Shown in pieces: positions 56,130 to 64,000 of a stretch of DNA of 64,000 nucleotides. Numbering within the stretch: position 1 is the first letter of the stretch; each line of letters starts with the position of its first letter. This DNA comes from Candidatus Limnocylindrales bacterium (lineage in GTDB: Bacteria; Patescibacteriota; Microgenomatia; Levybacterales; UBA12049). The notes beneath the pieces are model-generated. The model did not search any database and was not told where the DNA came from. It was given only the letters and a program-made list of their open reading frames with translations. The stretch is from the NCBI GenBank assembly GCA_035526025.1, contig DATLDE010000005.1, forward strand, positions 32,192-96,191. The letters run 5' to 3'. A program made the translations under genes and the position numbers.

Positions 56130-59100
56130 TCATTTGATAAGCTTTAAATTTCCGTCTTTATCAAATTCAAATACTCTACCACTTGGATTATTTCCTATTT
56201 CTTTTTTTGCCTGTTCAATAGATGAAGAAGATCTAGTCACCAAATTATTCTCTTTATAAGTGAACCAGGTTGCATCCTGAACTCCTACCGGAAAAATCCA
56301 AGCATTTTTATAGCGTTGCGGAACATTGACGAAGTAAAATATTGGTTTCTTAATTACTCCTAGCTTCATATCTTCGTATCCATCATTCATGTATTGGAGG
56401 AAGTTGTTGGTAATAAGTCCGGCTATTCTCCAATCTCTATTCTCTTTCTGCAACTGGTTATACTGGAAAATAAGAAAAAAAGCAGGTATTGCCCAAATCA
56501 CTATGACCGCAAATATCTTATTAAATGATTTAAGGTATGCATAAATTTTTTGAAAAACAAAAACCACAAATAATATCGCACCAAATGACGCTAAGTATGT
56601 ATATCTTGGTGCAATATTTCCAAGTCCTAAAAATGGTAAAAGAGGAATTATAAAAAATAGTAAACTAATTACAATAATATCTTTATCATGCTTTTTAATA
56701 TGTCTTATATTTTTCTTAAAAATATAAACTGCTAGATAAGAAAAAACAGCTATTACTACAAAAGCAAATACCATATTTGTTCTTAGACTTGATCTCATAA
56801 ACTCATTTACTTGAAGAAATGGAGAGCCAACAAAAATATAGCCAAGCGAACTAATTGCATTACCAAAAAAATTAAAAGGCAATTTTAATAGATTATATTT
56901 ATAATCACCTGCTGACCAAAAACTATTCGAAATTAGCTTCATGAAAAAGTATAAAATCAATGAGGCAACATAAAAAATATAGTGCTTATTTACTAATTGT
57001 TTATTTACTAATTTAGAGGAGACAATTCCATAACTTACAACTAGAATCGGAGTAATCACGCCATATTCATGAAATAGTGGGGCTACAAAACTAAATAGTA
57101 CTGAAATAATTAAGTATAGATTTTTCTTACCTTCTTTCCATTTCAGATATAACCAAAACGATAGCATCGTAAAAAAAGTTGCAAATAAATGCCCGACAGC
57201 TGAAATCCAAAATATAGTTTCAGCATGTGAGGCAAGCAAGAGAAATATAAACGCAGTAACAAATGATAGTAATTTATCTTTAAGAATTTTTTGCGTTATC
57301 AAGAATATCAAAATGGTGATCGCAACATGCAAGCTCAGGGAAACAAGATGATAAACAACCGGACTTATTCCACCAAATTGAGAATTATACAATATATAAA
57401 AGTATGTTTTCATTCCTGGTCTGTAGAAGAATTCACTTGAATTGAAAAAGAAATTAGACAAAATATTAAATTTAGACGAACAATTCGCTACGCCTCCTTG
57501 AGTGAGTTGCTTACAATCTGAAACCCATTTTATCCATGTGAAATCATCCGCTACAAAGAAATGGTTTAACATCTCCCAGAAAAAAATAAGCGCTGTAACG
57601 CCAAAATAAATGAAAATTGCAGGGACTGAAAATAACATATCTTTAATTTCATGTATCAGATCAATAGATTTCTTTCTATACTGAACCAGTATTCCAATAG
57701 TTAGCCCTACTAGAATCCAAAGTGTATAGGAAATTTTTGAAGCCTCAAATACATCAATTAGCGAGGCGTTGAGCCATAAACCGAAAATGCCAGCGGTTAC
57801 ACCAATCACAAAACTGCGAGTGAGCTTATCCTCAATCAAAGGCATAATTTTAGCAAAATAAATTGCATAAATTAGAAATATTAAACTAAATAATCCAAAA
57901 CCCATCAACCCTGTTTCGCCAAGAAATCTAAAGTAATTTCCATCAGTTGCCAATGTGATGGACGAGTATCCGCTTCCAAAGAATATATTTCTCTTGAATG
58001 CTTTAATTGCATTAGGCCATTCAGCCTGAAGTCGTGTAGTAATTGATGCATCTAGGGCACTTGCTTTTTGGATAATAAAATCGCCTTGTAAATTCTGGAC
58101 ATCTATTGATTTGGCAGTCCCCTTTTGCGTATTAATGATAACATTCTTCGTATTACCAATTTTCTTAGCATTAGTTGATAGAGATCCCGCATACAAATCA
58201 GGACCTGAAGGCTGGACATTGTTAATCACAAATTTTCCATTAACACTATCTCCATATCCAATTACTTTTCCTGTCCGTGCATCAACAATCCTATTAACAG
58301 ATGAGAATGTGGCCGAGTAACGTGCATAAAGCCCAGTGAATGTCCGCAGCATAACGAAACTTATAATGACAACTGGGATTATCCATTTTTTTTGCTTTTG
58401 TAAAATTAACATGAATATTACTGCCAGAAGATACATCAAAAAGGATGTTCGCGATTGTGTCATTAAAAGAGTTATGAATCCCAGTACACTGATGATCAAT
58501 AATCCAAAACGCCCAAACCAATTTTTATAACCAAAAATCAAGCTACCAATCAAAGGAATTAGCATCACAAGATAAGCTCCAAAATCATAATGTCCTGCAA
58601 AAGTTGATTGTAGCCTGCCCGCTGCATCAAGAACTAGTGGAATTCCTTTAGCGAATTCCTCATTCATAGTAGAAAATGCAGGAAATCTTTGGGGGATAAA
58701 GCGCTGACCAAACCCATACAAGACGACAGTCAGAAACACGCCCACGATTATAGGTATAAAAAATTTAATACTTTTCTTGTCTTTAATCGCTGCATATGCA
58801 ATAAAAAACAACGACATATACTCAATGTGCCTTGCATAAAAAAGTAATGCGTTCCTGGAGTATATTCTCGGGTCACCAGTAATGGTAGGGTCATTCAGAT
58901 GGGGGAAAATATATATCAAACCCAACAAAGTAGATATAAAACCAGTAAGCCAAAATGCAAAAATGGCAATCGTTAAAGGAGTTTTGAAGGATTCTTTTTT
59001 TCGAATAACCTGGATTAGATAAATTATTACAAAAAGCAATACAATAAAATCTTCAGCTCTTACATAGACATTTACATGGGTTAACCCAATTAATGGTATT

Positions 59101-59183
59101 TTAGGATACAAAGGAATAAATGCCACTAAAAATAACGTGAAAACCAGAAAAATATTATTTTTTAATAAAGATAATAATTTCAT
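56130..59183 (-). CDS. giant polytopic membrane protein: N-terminal Wzy_C (O-antigen ligase/polymerase/O-OTase-like) domain fused to a second C-terminal multi-TM domain
   Basis: N-terminal half: more than 10 TM helices with MTQSRTSFLMYLLAVIF (Wzy_C core), a predicted periplasmic loop of about 130 aa, then RNIFFGSGYSSITLATDGNYFRFLGETGLMGF. C-terminal half: about 12 further TM helices (FVADDFTWI..., HEYGVITP...) of unknown family, with a 90-aa soluble C-terminal tail. Start taken at ATG 59183 (MKLLSLLK). The track ORF extends to 59246, overlapping the upstream GT2. Confidence 0.65.
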   Translation of the reverse strand: MKLLSLLKNNIFLVFTLFLVAFIPLYPKIPLIGLTHVNVYVRAEDFIVLLFVIIYLIQVIRKKESFKTPLTIAIFAFWLTGFISTLLGLIYIFPHLNDPTITGDPRIYSRNALLFYARHIEYMSLFFIAYAAIKDKKSIKFFIPIIVGVFLTVVLYGFGQRFIPQRFPAFSTMNEEFAKGIPLVLDAAGRLQSTFAGHYDFGAYLVMLIPLIGSLIFGYKNWFGRFGLLIISVLGFITLLMTQSRTSFLMYLLAVIFMLILQKQKKWIIPVVIISFVMLRTFTGLYARYSATFSSVNRIVDARTGKVIGYGDSVNGKFVINNVQPSGPDLYAGSLSTNAKKIGNTKNVIINTQKGTAKSIDVQNLQGDFIIQKASALDASITTRLQAEWPNAIKAFKRNIFFGSGYSSITLATDGNYFRFLGETGLMGFGLFSLIFLIYAIYFAKIMPLIEDKLTRSFVIGVTAGIFGLWLNASLIDVFEASKISYTLWILVGLTIGILVQYRKKSIDLIHEIKDMLFSVPAIFIYFGVTALIFFWEMLNHFFVADDFTWIKWVSDCKQLTQGGVANCSSKFNILSNFFFNSSEFFYRPGMKTYFYILYNSQFGGISPVVYHLVSLSLHVAITILIFLITQKILKDKLLSFVTAFIFLLLASHAETIFWISAVGHLFATFFTMLSFWLYLKWKEGKKNLYLIISVLFSFVAPLFHEYGVITPILVVSYGIVSSKLVNKQLVNKHYIFYVASLILYFFMKLISNSFWSAGDYKYNLLKLPFNFFGNAISSLGYIFVGSPFLQVNEFMRSSLRTNMVFAFVVIAVFSYLAVYIFKKNIRHIKKHDKDIIVISLLFFIIPLLPFLGLGNIAPRYTYLASFGAILFVVFVFQKIYAYLKSFNKIFAVIVIWAIPAFFLIFQYNQLQKENRDWRIAGLITNNFLQYMNDGYEDMKLGVIKKPIFYFVNVPQRYKNAWIFPVGVQDATWFTYKENNLVTRSSSSIEQAKKEIGNNPSGRVFEFDKDGNLKLIK

Positions 59184-59184
59184 A

Positions 59185-60063
59185 TTAAAATTGAATTGCC
59201 TGTCTAAATGTTGTCGTAAGATACTTATTTCTTGTAATATAACCAATTGTGATTGCTACATATGCCTTAACGTATAACATTGCCTTCACAAGGATATATT
59301 CCATATTACTTCTGTGCTTTTTATAAAAATAAAGAAGCCCTTTGTAGATATTTGCTACTGCGAAACTTCGGCTTGAACTTCCCTGATCCTGGTGGATTAC
59401 TGAAACATCAGGATAGAAAAATGTTCTAAATCCAGCTTTTTTTGCACGATAACAAAGTTCCATATCTTCTATATACATAAATATTTTTTCATCAAAACCC
59501 GATAATTTATCAAAGACATCTTTTCTCATCATGAACATCGCACCTTTTACCCAATCTACTTCGGTAACTTTATTAAAACTTTTATCAATCAATCCAAACT
59601 TTTGCATACCTAATAGAAGTAAAAAAGTATTGAACAATGTATAAAATTTTCCCGCTGATGATTGCTTCTCCCCATTAACATTAGTTAGCTGTCCCCCGAG
59701 AATTGATACATCTATATTTTTATCCATGTACTCTACCATTCTAACTATTCCTTTATCCATAACAGTTGTATCATTATTGAGAAACAACAGATATTTTCCT
59801 TTTGCTTCTTTTGCTCCGATATTACAACCTTTTGCAAATCCTTCATTTTTCTTATTATTTATAACTTTTATATTTTTAATACTATCTTTTGCTATTTTAA
59901 TGTTTATAAAATCTAATGAGTCATCTTCAGATCCATTTTCAACAATTATCAGCTCAAATTTGTTTTTTTCAAAATCGTCATTATATAACTTATATAGTGA
60001 GTCAATACAATTAATCGTCAGATGAGATTTTTTATAATTAATACTTATTATTGAAAGCATCAT
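59185..60063 (-). CDS. family 2 glycosyltransferase
   Basis: MMLSIISINYKKSHLTINCIDSL...LIIVENGSEDDS...FLNNDT. Confidence 0.75.
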   Translation of the reverse strand: MMLSIISINYKKSHLTINCIDSLYKLYNDDFEKNKFELIIVENGSEDDSLDFINIKIAKDSIKNIKVINNKKNEGFAKGCNIGAKEAKGKYLLFLNNDTTVMDKGIVRMVEYMDKNIDVSILGGQLTNVNGEKQSSAGKFYTLFNTFLLLLGMQKFGLIDKSFNKVTEVDWVKGAMFMMRKDVFDKLSGFDEKIFMYIEDMELCYRAKKAGFRTFFYPDVSVIHQDQGSSSRSFAVANIYKGLLYFYKKHRSNMEYILVKAMLYVKAYVAITIGYITRNKYLTTTFRQAIQF

Positions 60064-60067
60064 AAAA

Positions 60068-60661
60068 CTATCGGAACCATGCAGCGCGACCAAGCTTATA
60101 ATTCAATTCTTTTAACACTCTTTCTTTTATTATTTTAGCTGGAACTCCACCAACCATTTCAAATTCTTTAACGTCTTTTGTCACCACTGACCCTGCTGCA
60201 ATAACCGCACCTTTTCCGATATTCACACCTGGAAGTATGATGGATCGTGGTCCGATAAAGACATAGTCTCCAATACGCACAGGTGCATTTATCCCTCCAA
60301 AATGCGGATCTTCAATATCATGTTGGGAATTATATATCATCACATCCGACGCAATATCGACATGATTTCCAATACTTAGCTTGTCTCTTCCATCCAGAAC
60401 TATTCCTTCTCCGATAATTGTTCCATTCCCAATCGTTATATTCCTTGGGTTATAAAAACGTGCGCCCATGTGAATTGCGGACCCTGACCCAATTTGAACA
60501 CCTGCCAATCTATAAAAAAACCTCCTGATAATATGTGAAGGGAAATGCCCCACTATATGAAGTAAAAGAACTATCAGTTCCCACATGGTAGTATTTGCTC
60601 TATTTACGCTTTTATCCAACACCTCGTGCGTTGAAAGTTCTTTTCCGGTTTTGTCTATCAT
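60068..60661 (-). CDS. left-handed beta-helix (hexapeptide-repeat) sugar O-acetyltransferase with N-terminal TM segment
   Basis: IGEGIVLDGRDKLSIGNHVDIASDVMI...IGPRSIILPGVNIGKGAVIAAGSVVTKDV contains LbH hexapeptide repeats. Confidence 0.75.
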   Translation of the reverse strand: MIDKTGKELSTHEVLDKSVNRANTTMWELIVLLLHIVGHFPSHIIRRFFYRLAGVQIGSGSAIHMGARFYNPRNITIGNGTIIGEGIVLDGRDKLSIGNHVDIASDVMIYNSQHDIEDPHFGGINAPVRIGDYVFIGPRSIILPGVNIGKGAVIAAGSVVTKDVKEFEMVGGVPAKIIKERVLKELNYKLGRAAWFR

Positions 60662-61773
60662 AATTTGCCTCCTATCTCCTCAAGTACATTCAGGGTTTCT
60701 TTTGCTGTTTTTTCCCAACTGAATTTAGCCACTTGTTTTTTCCCTTTTTCGATTAATTCTTTTCTTAGCTTCTCATCATCAATTAGCTTAGTCATTTTAT
60801 CAGTAATGTCATCAACGTTTTCAGGATCTATGTAAAGACAGGCATCTCCTCCAGCTTCTGGAAGACTACTTACATTACTTGCAACAACTGGACACTCATT
60901 TTTCATTGCTTCAAGAACAGGTAGACCAAATCCTTCATAAAGACTTGGCAGAACCATGCAAACTGCGTTCTTGTAGAGAATTGGTAACTCATCATTATCA
61001 ACGTTATGTAAAAATCTTACTCTCTCTTCAATCCCTAGCTCTAAAGGTTTTTTTAATATTTCCTCATATAACCATCCTTTTTTTCCTACAATAACGAGAT
61101 CAAGATTTTTTTCAGACAATTTTGAAAAAGCCTCAATAAGTTTTCCAATATTCTTTCTCGGCTGAATTGTGCCTACAAAAAGTATATATTTACCTTCCAA
61201 TTTATATTTTGTTTTAAGTTGCGTCATACCATATACATGTGGCTTCAGTGACGTAAATTTTCTGATACCAGGATATGTTACGCTTACTCTCTCAGGAGCC
61301 ACTCCATACTCTTTAATTATATCATTTTTACTTGAGTTGCTTATAGTTATGATTTTTTTTGCTTTCTTGACAGAATAAGATGTCCAATTTTTAAGCTGAA
61401 TCAAATCATGCTTATTAAATAATTCCGGAAAATATAGAAATGATAGATCCATTACTGAAATAATTGATGGAACCGGAGAAAAGCGGGGACCATAATGCGA
61501 AGGGGAAAAAAACACTTCTGGTCTTGGACGATGTAAGTACAGATCTAGAGGAAGCCTCCCTTGTGTCCACATCCTTCCAGGCTTTATAACTCTATATTTC
61601 CAGTTATTATTTTCTTTAGGAAAATCAGGAAGTGGCCTGTTTTTTAAGTAAATTACAAATTCTATCTCTTGAACTACTAATTTTGAAAAATGCATCAATA
61701 ACTCATAGGCGTACGCACCAATTCCCACACGATTTGTTATATTTGCTTCATTACCATCAATTCCTATAATCAT
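60658..61773 (-). CDS. family 4 glycosyltransferase (GT-B)
   Basis: MIIGIDGNEANITNRVGIGAYAYELL is a GT4 N-terminus, and the C-terminal has PSLYEGFGLPVLEAM. Confidence 0.8.
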   Translation of the reverse strand: MIIGIDGNEANITNRVGIGAYAYELLMHFSKLVVQEIEFVIYLKNRPLPDFPKENNNWKYRVIKPGRMWTQGRLPLDLYLHRPRPEVFFSPSHYGPRFSPVPSIISVMDLSFLYFPELFNKHDLIQLKNWTSYSVKKAKKIITISNSSKNDIIKEYGVAPERVSVTYPGIRKFTSLKPHVYGMTQLKTKYKLEGKYILFVGTIQPRKNIGKLIEAFSKLSEKNLDLVIVGKKGWLYEEILKKPLELGIEERVRFLHNVDNDELPILYKNAVCMVLPSLYEGFGLPVLEAMKNECPVVASNVSSLPEAGGDACLYIDPENVDDITDKMTKLIDDEKLRKELIEKGKKQVAKFSWEKTAKETLNVLEEIGGKL

Positions 61774-61819
61774 ATTATTAAGAGATTAGAAACTAAGTAC
61801 TTCTCAATATTATATCAAT

Positions 61820-62353
61820 CTAAATTCCGGGATATACGACTTGCAACTTTTTACTATCAATATGCAGAAACTCTTCCGCATCCGCTTTTGTTGAATTAGA
61901 TATGCAAAGAATTTGATCGCACTCAAGCCTCACCCATTTCAATCTTCTTTTCTGAGTATCGACAATCATCTTATCTGTTTCTTCCGGACGCTTATACACA
62001 ATAAGATCATATAGTATTGTAATTTTTCTTGCTTTTTTTGTCGGGGGCTGCGTCCAATCAGAAGATAAAAAAACATCTACCTCTCCAATCAGATCCTCAA
62101 TCGGCATAATATGAAGTTTATTCCAAAGTAAATCAAGAAGTTTTGGAGGAAATCTAAATTTCCTTATTTTGTATTTAGCCCTGTTATTCCTAATTTTTAA
62201 TTCTAGATTATTAATTCTTCTTAGGCTTGAATAAAACAATATGTATTCATTATCGGTATCGATATTAAGCATATTCTCTACGAGATTTTTGACATAATTT
62301 GCAACCCCTGTGTTGCTATAAGCCAACTGAGATATGTCAATACCTATTTTCAT
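61820..62353 (-). CDS. GT4 glycosyltransferase N-terminal domain only (truncated paralog / possible gene remnant)
   Basis: MKIGIDISQLAYSNTGVANYVKNL...LQVVYPGI matches only a Glyco_trans_4-type N-terminal domain. It stops where the donor-binding C-terminal domain would begin, and no C-terminal domain ORF follows. Confidence 0.5.
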   Translation of the reverse strand: MKIGIDISQLAYSNTGVANYVKNLVENMLNIDTDNEYILFYSSLRRINNLELKIRNNRAKYKIRKFRFPPKLLDLLWNKLHIMPIEDLIGEVDVFLSSDWTQPPTKKARKITILYDLIVYKRPEETDKMIVDTQKRRLKWVRLECDQILCISNSTKADAEEFLHIDSKKLQVVYPGI

Positions 62354-62391
62354 ATATATATTCTATCAGAAAAATACCAAGGGGTAGAATT

Positions 62392-62982
62392 TTATTTTTT
62401 TACGCAGTCAAAGAAAATATCTCCACTGAATACGTATTGATACCAAATACTTAGAATTAAAAAACCCAAAACAATCAACACGCCCTTACCCTTTTTATCA
62501 CGCATAAAGCCCCAAATACCATATATTGAAAATACTAGATAAGGAAAGCTAATCAATATTAATCTCGCATCATAACTTATTGAACCTCCAAAGATCTCGA
62601 CCAATGGAAGCATTAACAATAACGCTAACATCATAAGCTTATATTTAAATTTGGATCTAACTAAATACCAAAAACCACAAAATATTCCAAAATACCCAAC
62701 TATTGAAAAGAACATAACCCCAAACCGTATATCCCAAAAATGAAAGTAGTTTGAAAAAATACTATTTACAAAAAATACAGGCTTGTTATGAAACAGCCTT
62801 ACGAGTTCTGGTGAAAAACCAATATCATTATGTACTGCATCTTCAAGCCTAAGACCCATCTGAGGATATGAGAAGTGAAACTTATCTGAAAAATCTCTGC
62901 AAGCATTCCACATTCGAAAAGTATTTAATTCGTAAAGAATGAAAATTGTTAATAAAATTTTTTTAATCATTATAAATTCCAT
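62392..62982 (-). CDS. hypothetical integral membrane protein
   Basis: 196 aa with 4-5 TM helices. No family recognised. Confidence 0.45.
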   Translation of the reverse strand: MEFIMIKKILLTIFILYELNTFRMWNACRDFSDKFHFSYPQMGLRLEDAVHNDIGFSPELVRLFHNKPVFFVNSIFSNYFHFWDIRFGVMFFSIVGYFGIFCGFWYLVRSKFKYKLMMLALLLMLPLVEIFGGSISYDARLILISFPYLVFSIYGIWGFMRDKKGKGVLIVLGFLILSIWYQYVFSGDIFFDCVKK

Positions 62983-64000
62983 ATCTCAGCATAAATATCG
63001 TTATTATTGCCCGGCAAATATGCTCTATCTATTATTTGTTCGTTGTTAACATTCCCATAATTTGGCCTTATATAGAGCACTTTCTTCTTTTCCCATTCCT
63101 TAGGCTTAACCCATGAAGACTCTACAACCAATAACTCTACTGAATCCATATAAAAATTTACATAATGTTCTGTGAAGTTTAAATTTTTGTCAATCACTAA
63201 ATAGTCATACTTTCCTTTATGTTTAATTATTTTTTCAACAATTTGCTTATTACCAGCTCCCCAATCTAAAGCATTGACCTTTGGGTAATGGTTGTAGTAA
63301 AAATGCGCATAGATTAAAAAGTCATACATAGCAATGATGACTAAGAATACTAGAAATATTTTTTTAAACTTTTTTAGATTTATATAAAAAATAACAATTC
63401 CAAGGGATATTAAAATTGTAATAGGCAAAATCAATAAAAGTGACCTCAGACTATGCGGGCTAGGTCGTGCAAGCGCCGCGGGAAGTGGAGCAAGGGAAAT
63501 AAGCCCTATAACTACATATTTATATGCATTTCTTTTCTGCTTAATCAGCCATGATGTTCCCAAAATCAAGAATGGCAACTGCCATCTATAAAGCAACCCA
63601 AACCCTGGTATTTGGTGACGACCATTACCGTCTCCATTACTAAATAAATAGTCAAAAGAGAAAAAAGAAATATAATTTTTAACATAAACCATAGGATACA
63701 CAAATAATTTCTGGGTTGTAGTATCAGCCTTATATTCTGAAAATGCAGATGTTTGAACAAATCTTTCAGATCCTTTGGATGTTAGCGAGAATTGAATTAT
63801 AGGAATAATCAAAATTATAAATATCACTCCGCATCGTATAATTTTTTTTCTGAGCTTTGGTAGCTTTATAAAAAATGCAGTCAATAAAATTAACCAGCTC
63901 AGGGGAGAGATGATTCTAAATGTATGATATGTATATGCGCTTAATGCAAAAAGAATAAATCCACCCACAAAGTACTTTGCTTTATTATTTCCCCAAAACA
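62970..64000 (-). CDS. integral membrane protein, partial (5' end beyond window), possibly GT-C-like
   Basis: The frame stays open through position 64000 with no stop after the GTG at 63968. It is multi-TM, with a soluble C-terminal tail of about 90 aa. Confidence 0.5.
   Translation of the reverse strand, partial: FWGNNKAKYFVGGFILFALSAYTYHTFRIISPLSWLILLTAFFIKLPKLRKKIIRCGVIFIILIIPIIQFSLTSKGSERFVQTSAFSEYKADTTTQKLFVYPMVYVKNYISFFSFDYLFSNGDGNGRHQIPGFGLLYRWQLPFLILGTSWLIKQKRNAYKYVVIGLISLAPLPAALARPSPHSLRSLLLILPITILISLGIVIFYINLKKFKKIFLVFLVIIAMYDFLIYAHFYYNHYPKVNALDWGAGNKQIVEKIIKHKGKYDYLVIDKNLNFTEHYVNFYMDSVELLVVESSWVKPKEWEKKKVLYIRPNYGNVNNEQIIDRAYLPGNNNDIYAEIWNL

Overview
This window is an AT-rich, very gene-dense bacterial chromosomal segment using the standard genetic code (TGA terminates atpB and other genes where homology ends). 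Overlapping and 4-nt-coupled genes are frequent, there is almost no non-coding DNA, and many reduced-size proteins point to a small-genome, CPR/Patescibacteria-like organism (inference only).

The segment breaks into eight blocks:
1. The 3' end of dnaE, translationally coupled (TAATG) to a GT-C-like membrane protein.
2. A complete F-type ATP synthase operon, atpB-E-F-H-A-G-D-C, on the + strand. It has no atpI, a short delta subunit and an about 45-aa hydrophilic insertion in subunit a. It is followed by tRNA-Thr(CGT) and a frameshifted cupin gene.
3. Glycosylation island I (10.2-17.8 kb): an O-antigen-ligase-like membrane protein, a Wzx flippase, five GT2 (DPM1/ArnC-like) and one GT-B glycosyltransferase. 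Then lepB.
4. A 24-kb block on the minus strand: parB-rpmA-rplU, rodA, ileS, yjjX and a non-canonical dcw cluster in the order ftsZ, ftsA, ftsQ, murG, a/b-hydrolase, ftsW, mraY, NTP-transferase, murA, murC, pgeF, murE, DUF457, ftsI, ftsL, rsmH, mraZ. It is interrupted only by two + strand genes: a CsaA-like tRNA-binding protein and a receiver-less protein made of three tandem OmpR-type winged-helix domains.
5. An IMPase/FBPase-family gene that appears frameshifted at a T7 homopolymer and is TAATG-coupled to glyQS.
6. glyQS preceded by a GC-rich 326-bp leader.
7. recO.
8. Glycosylation locus II (46.4-64 kb): a DUF4012 protein, a PglC-like phosphoglycosyltransferase, ManC, several GT4/GT2 enzymes, a GT39/ArnT-like GT-C enzyme, a 1038-aa Wzy_C (O-antigen-ligase/O-OTase-like) fusion membrane protein, an acetyltransferase and further membrane proteins. 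Its composition resembles a protein- or cell-envelope glycosylation system.

Other notable points are a 16-nt GC-rich motif inside covarying hairpins at two intergenic loci, and heptanucleotide tandem repeats inside glycosyltransferase genes and ileS. No CRISPR arrays, rRNA genes, transposases or integrases were seen.

The supplied ORF track uses TTG/GTG as M, so several listed starts are unreliable. I moved starts to internal ATGs where homology supported it.
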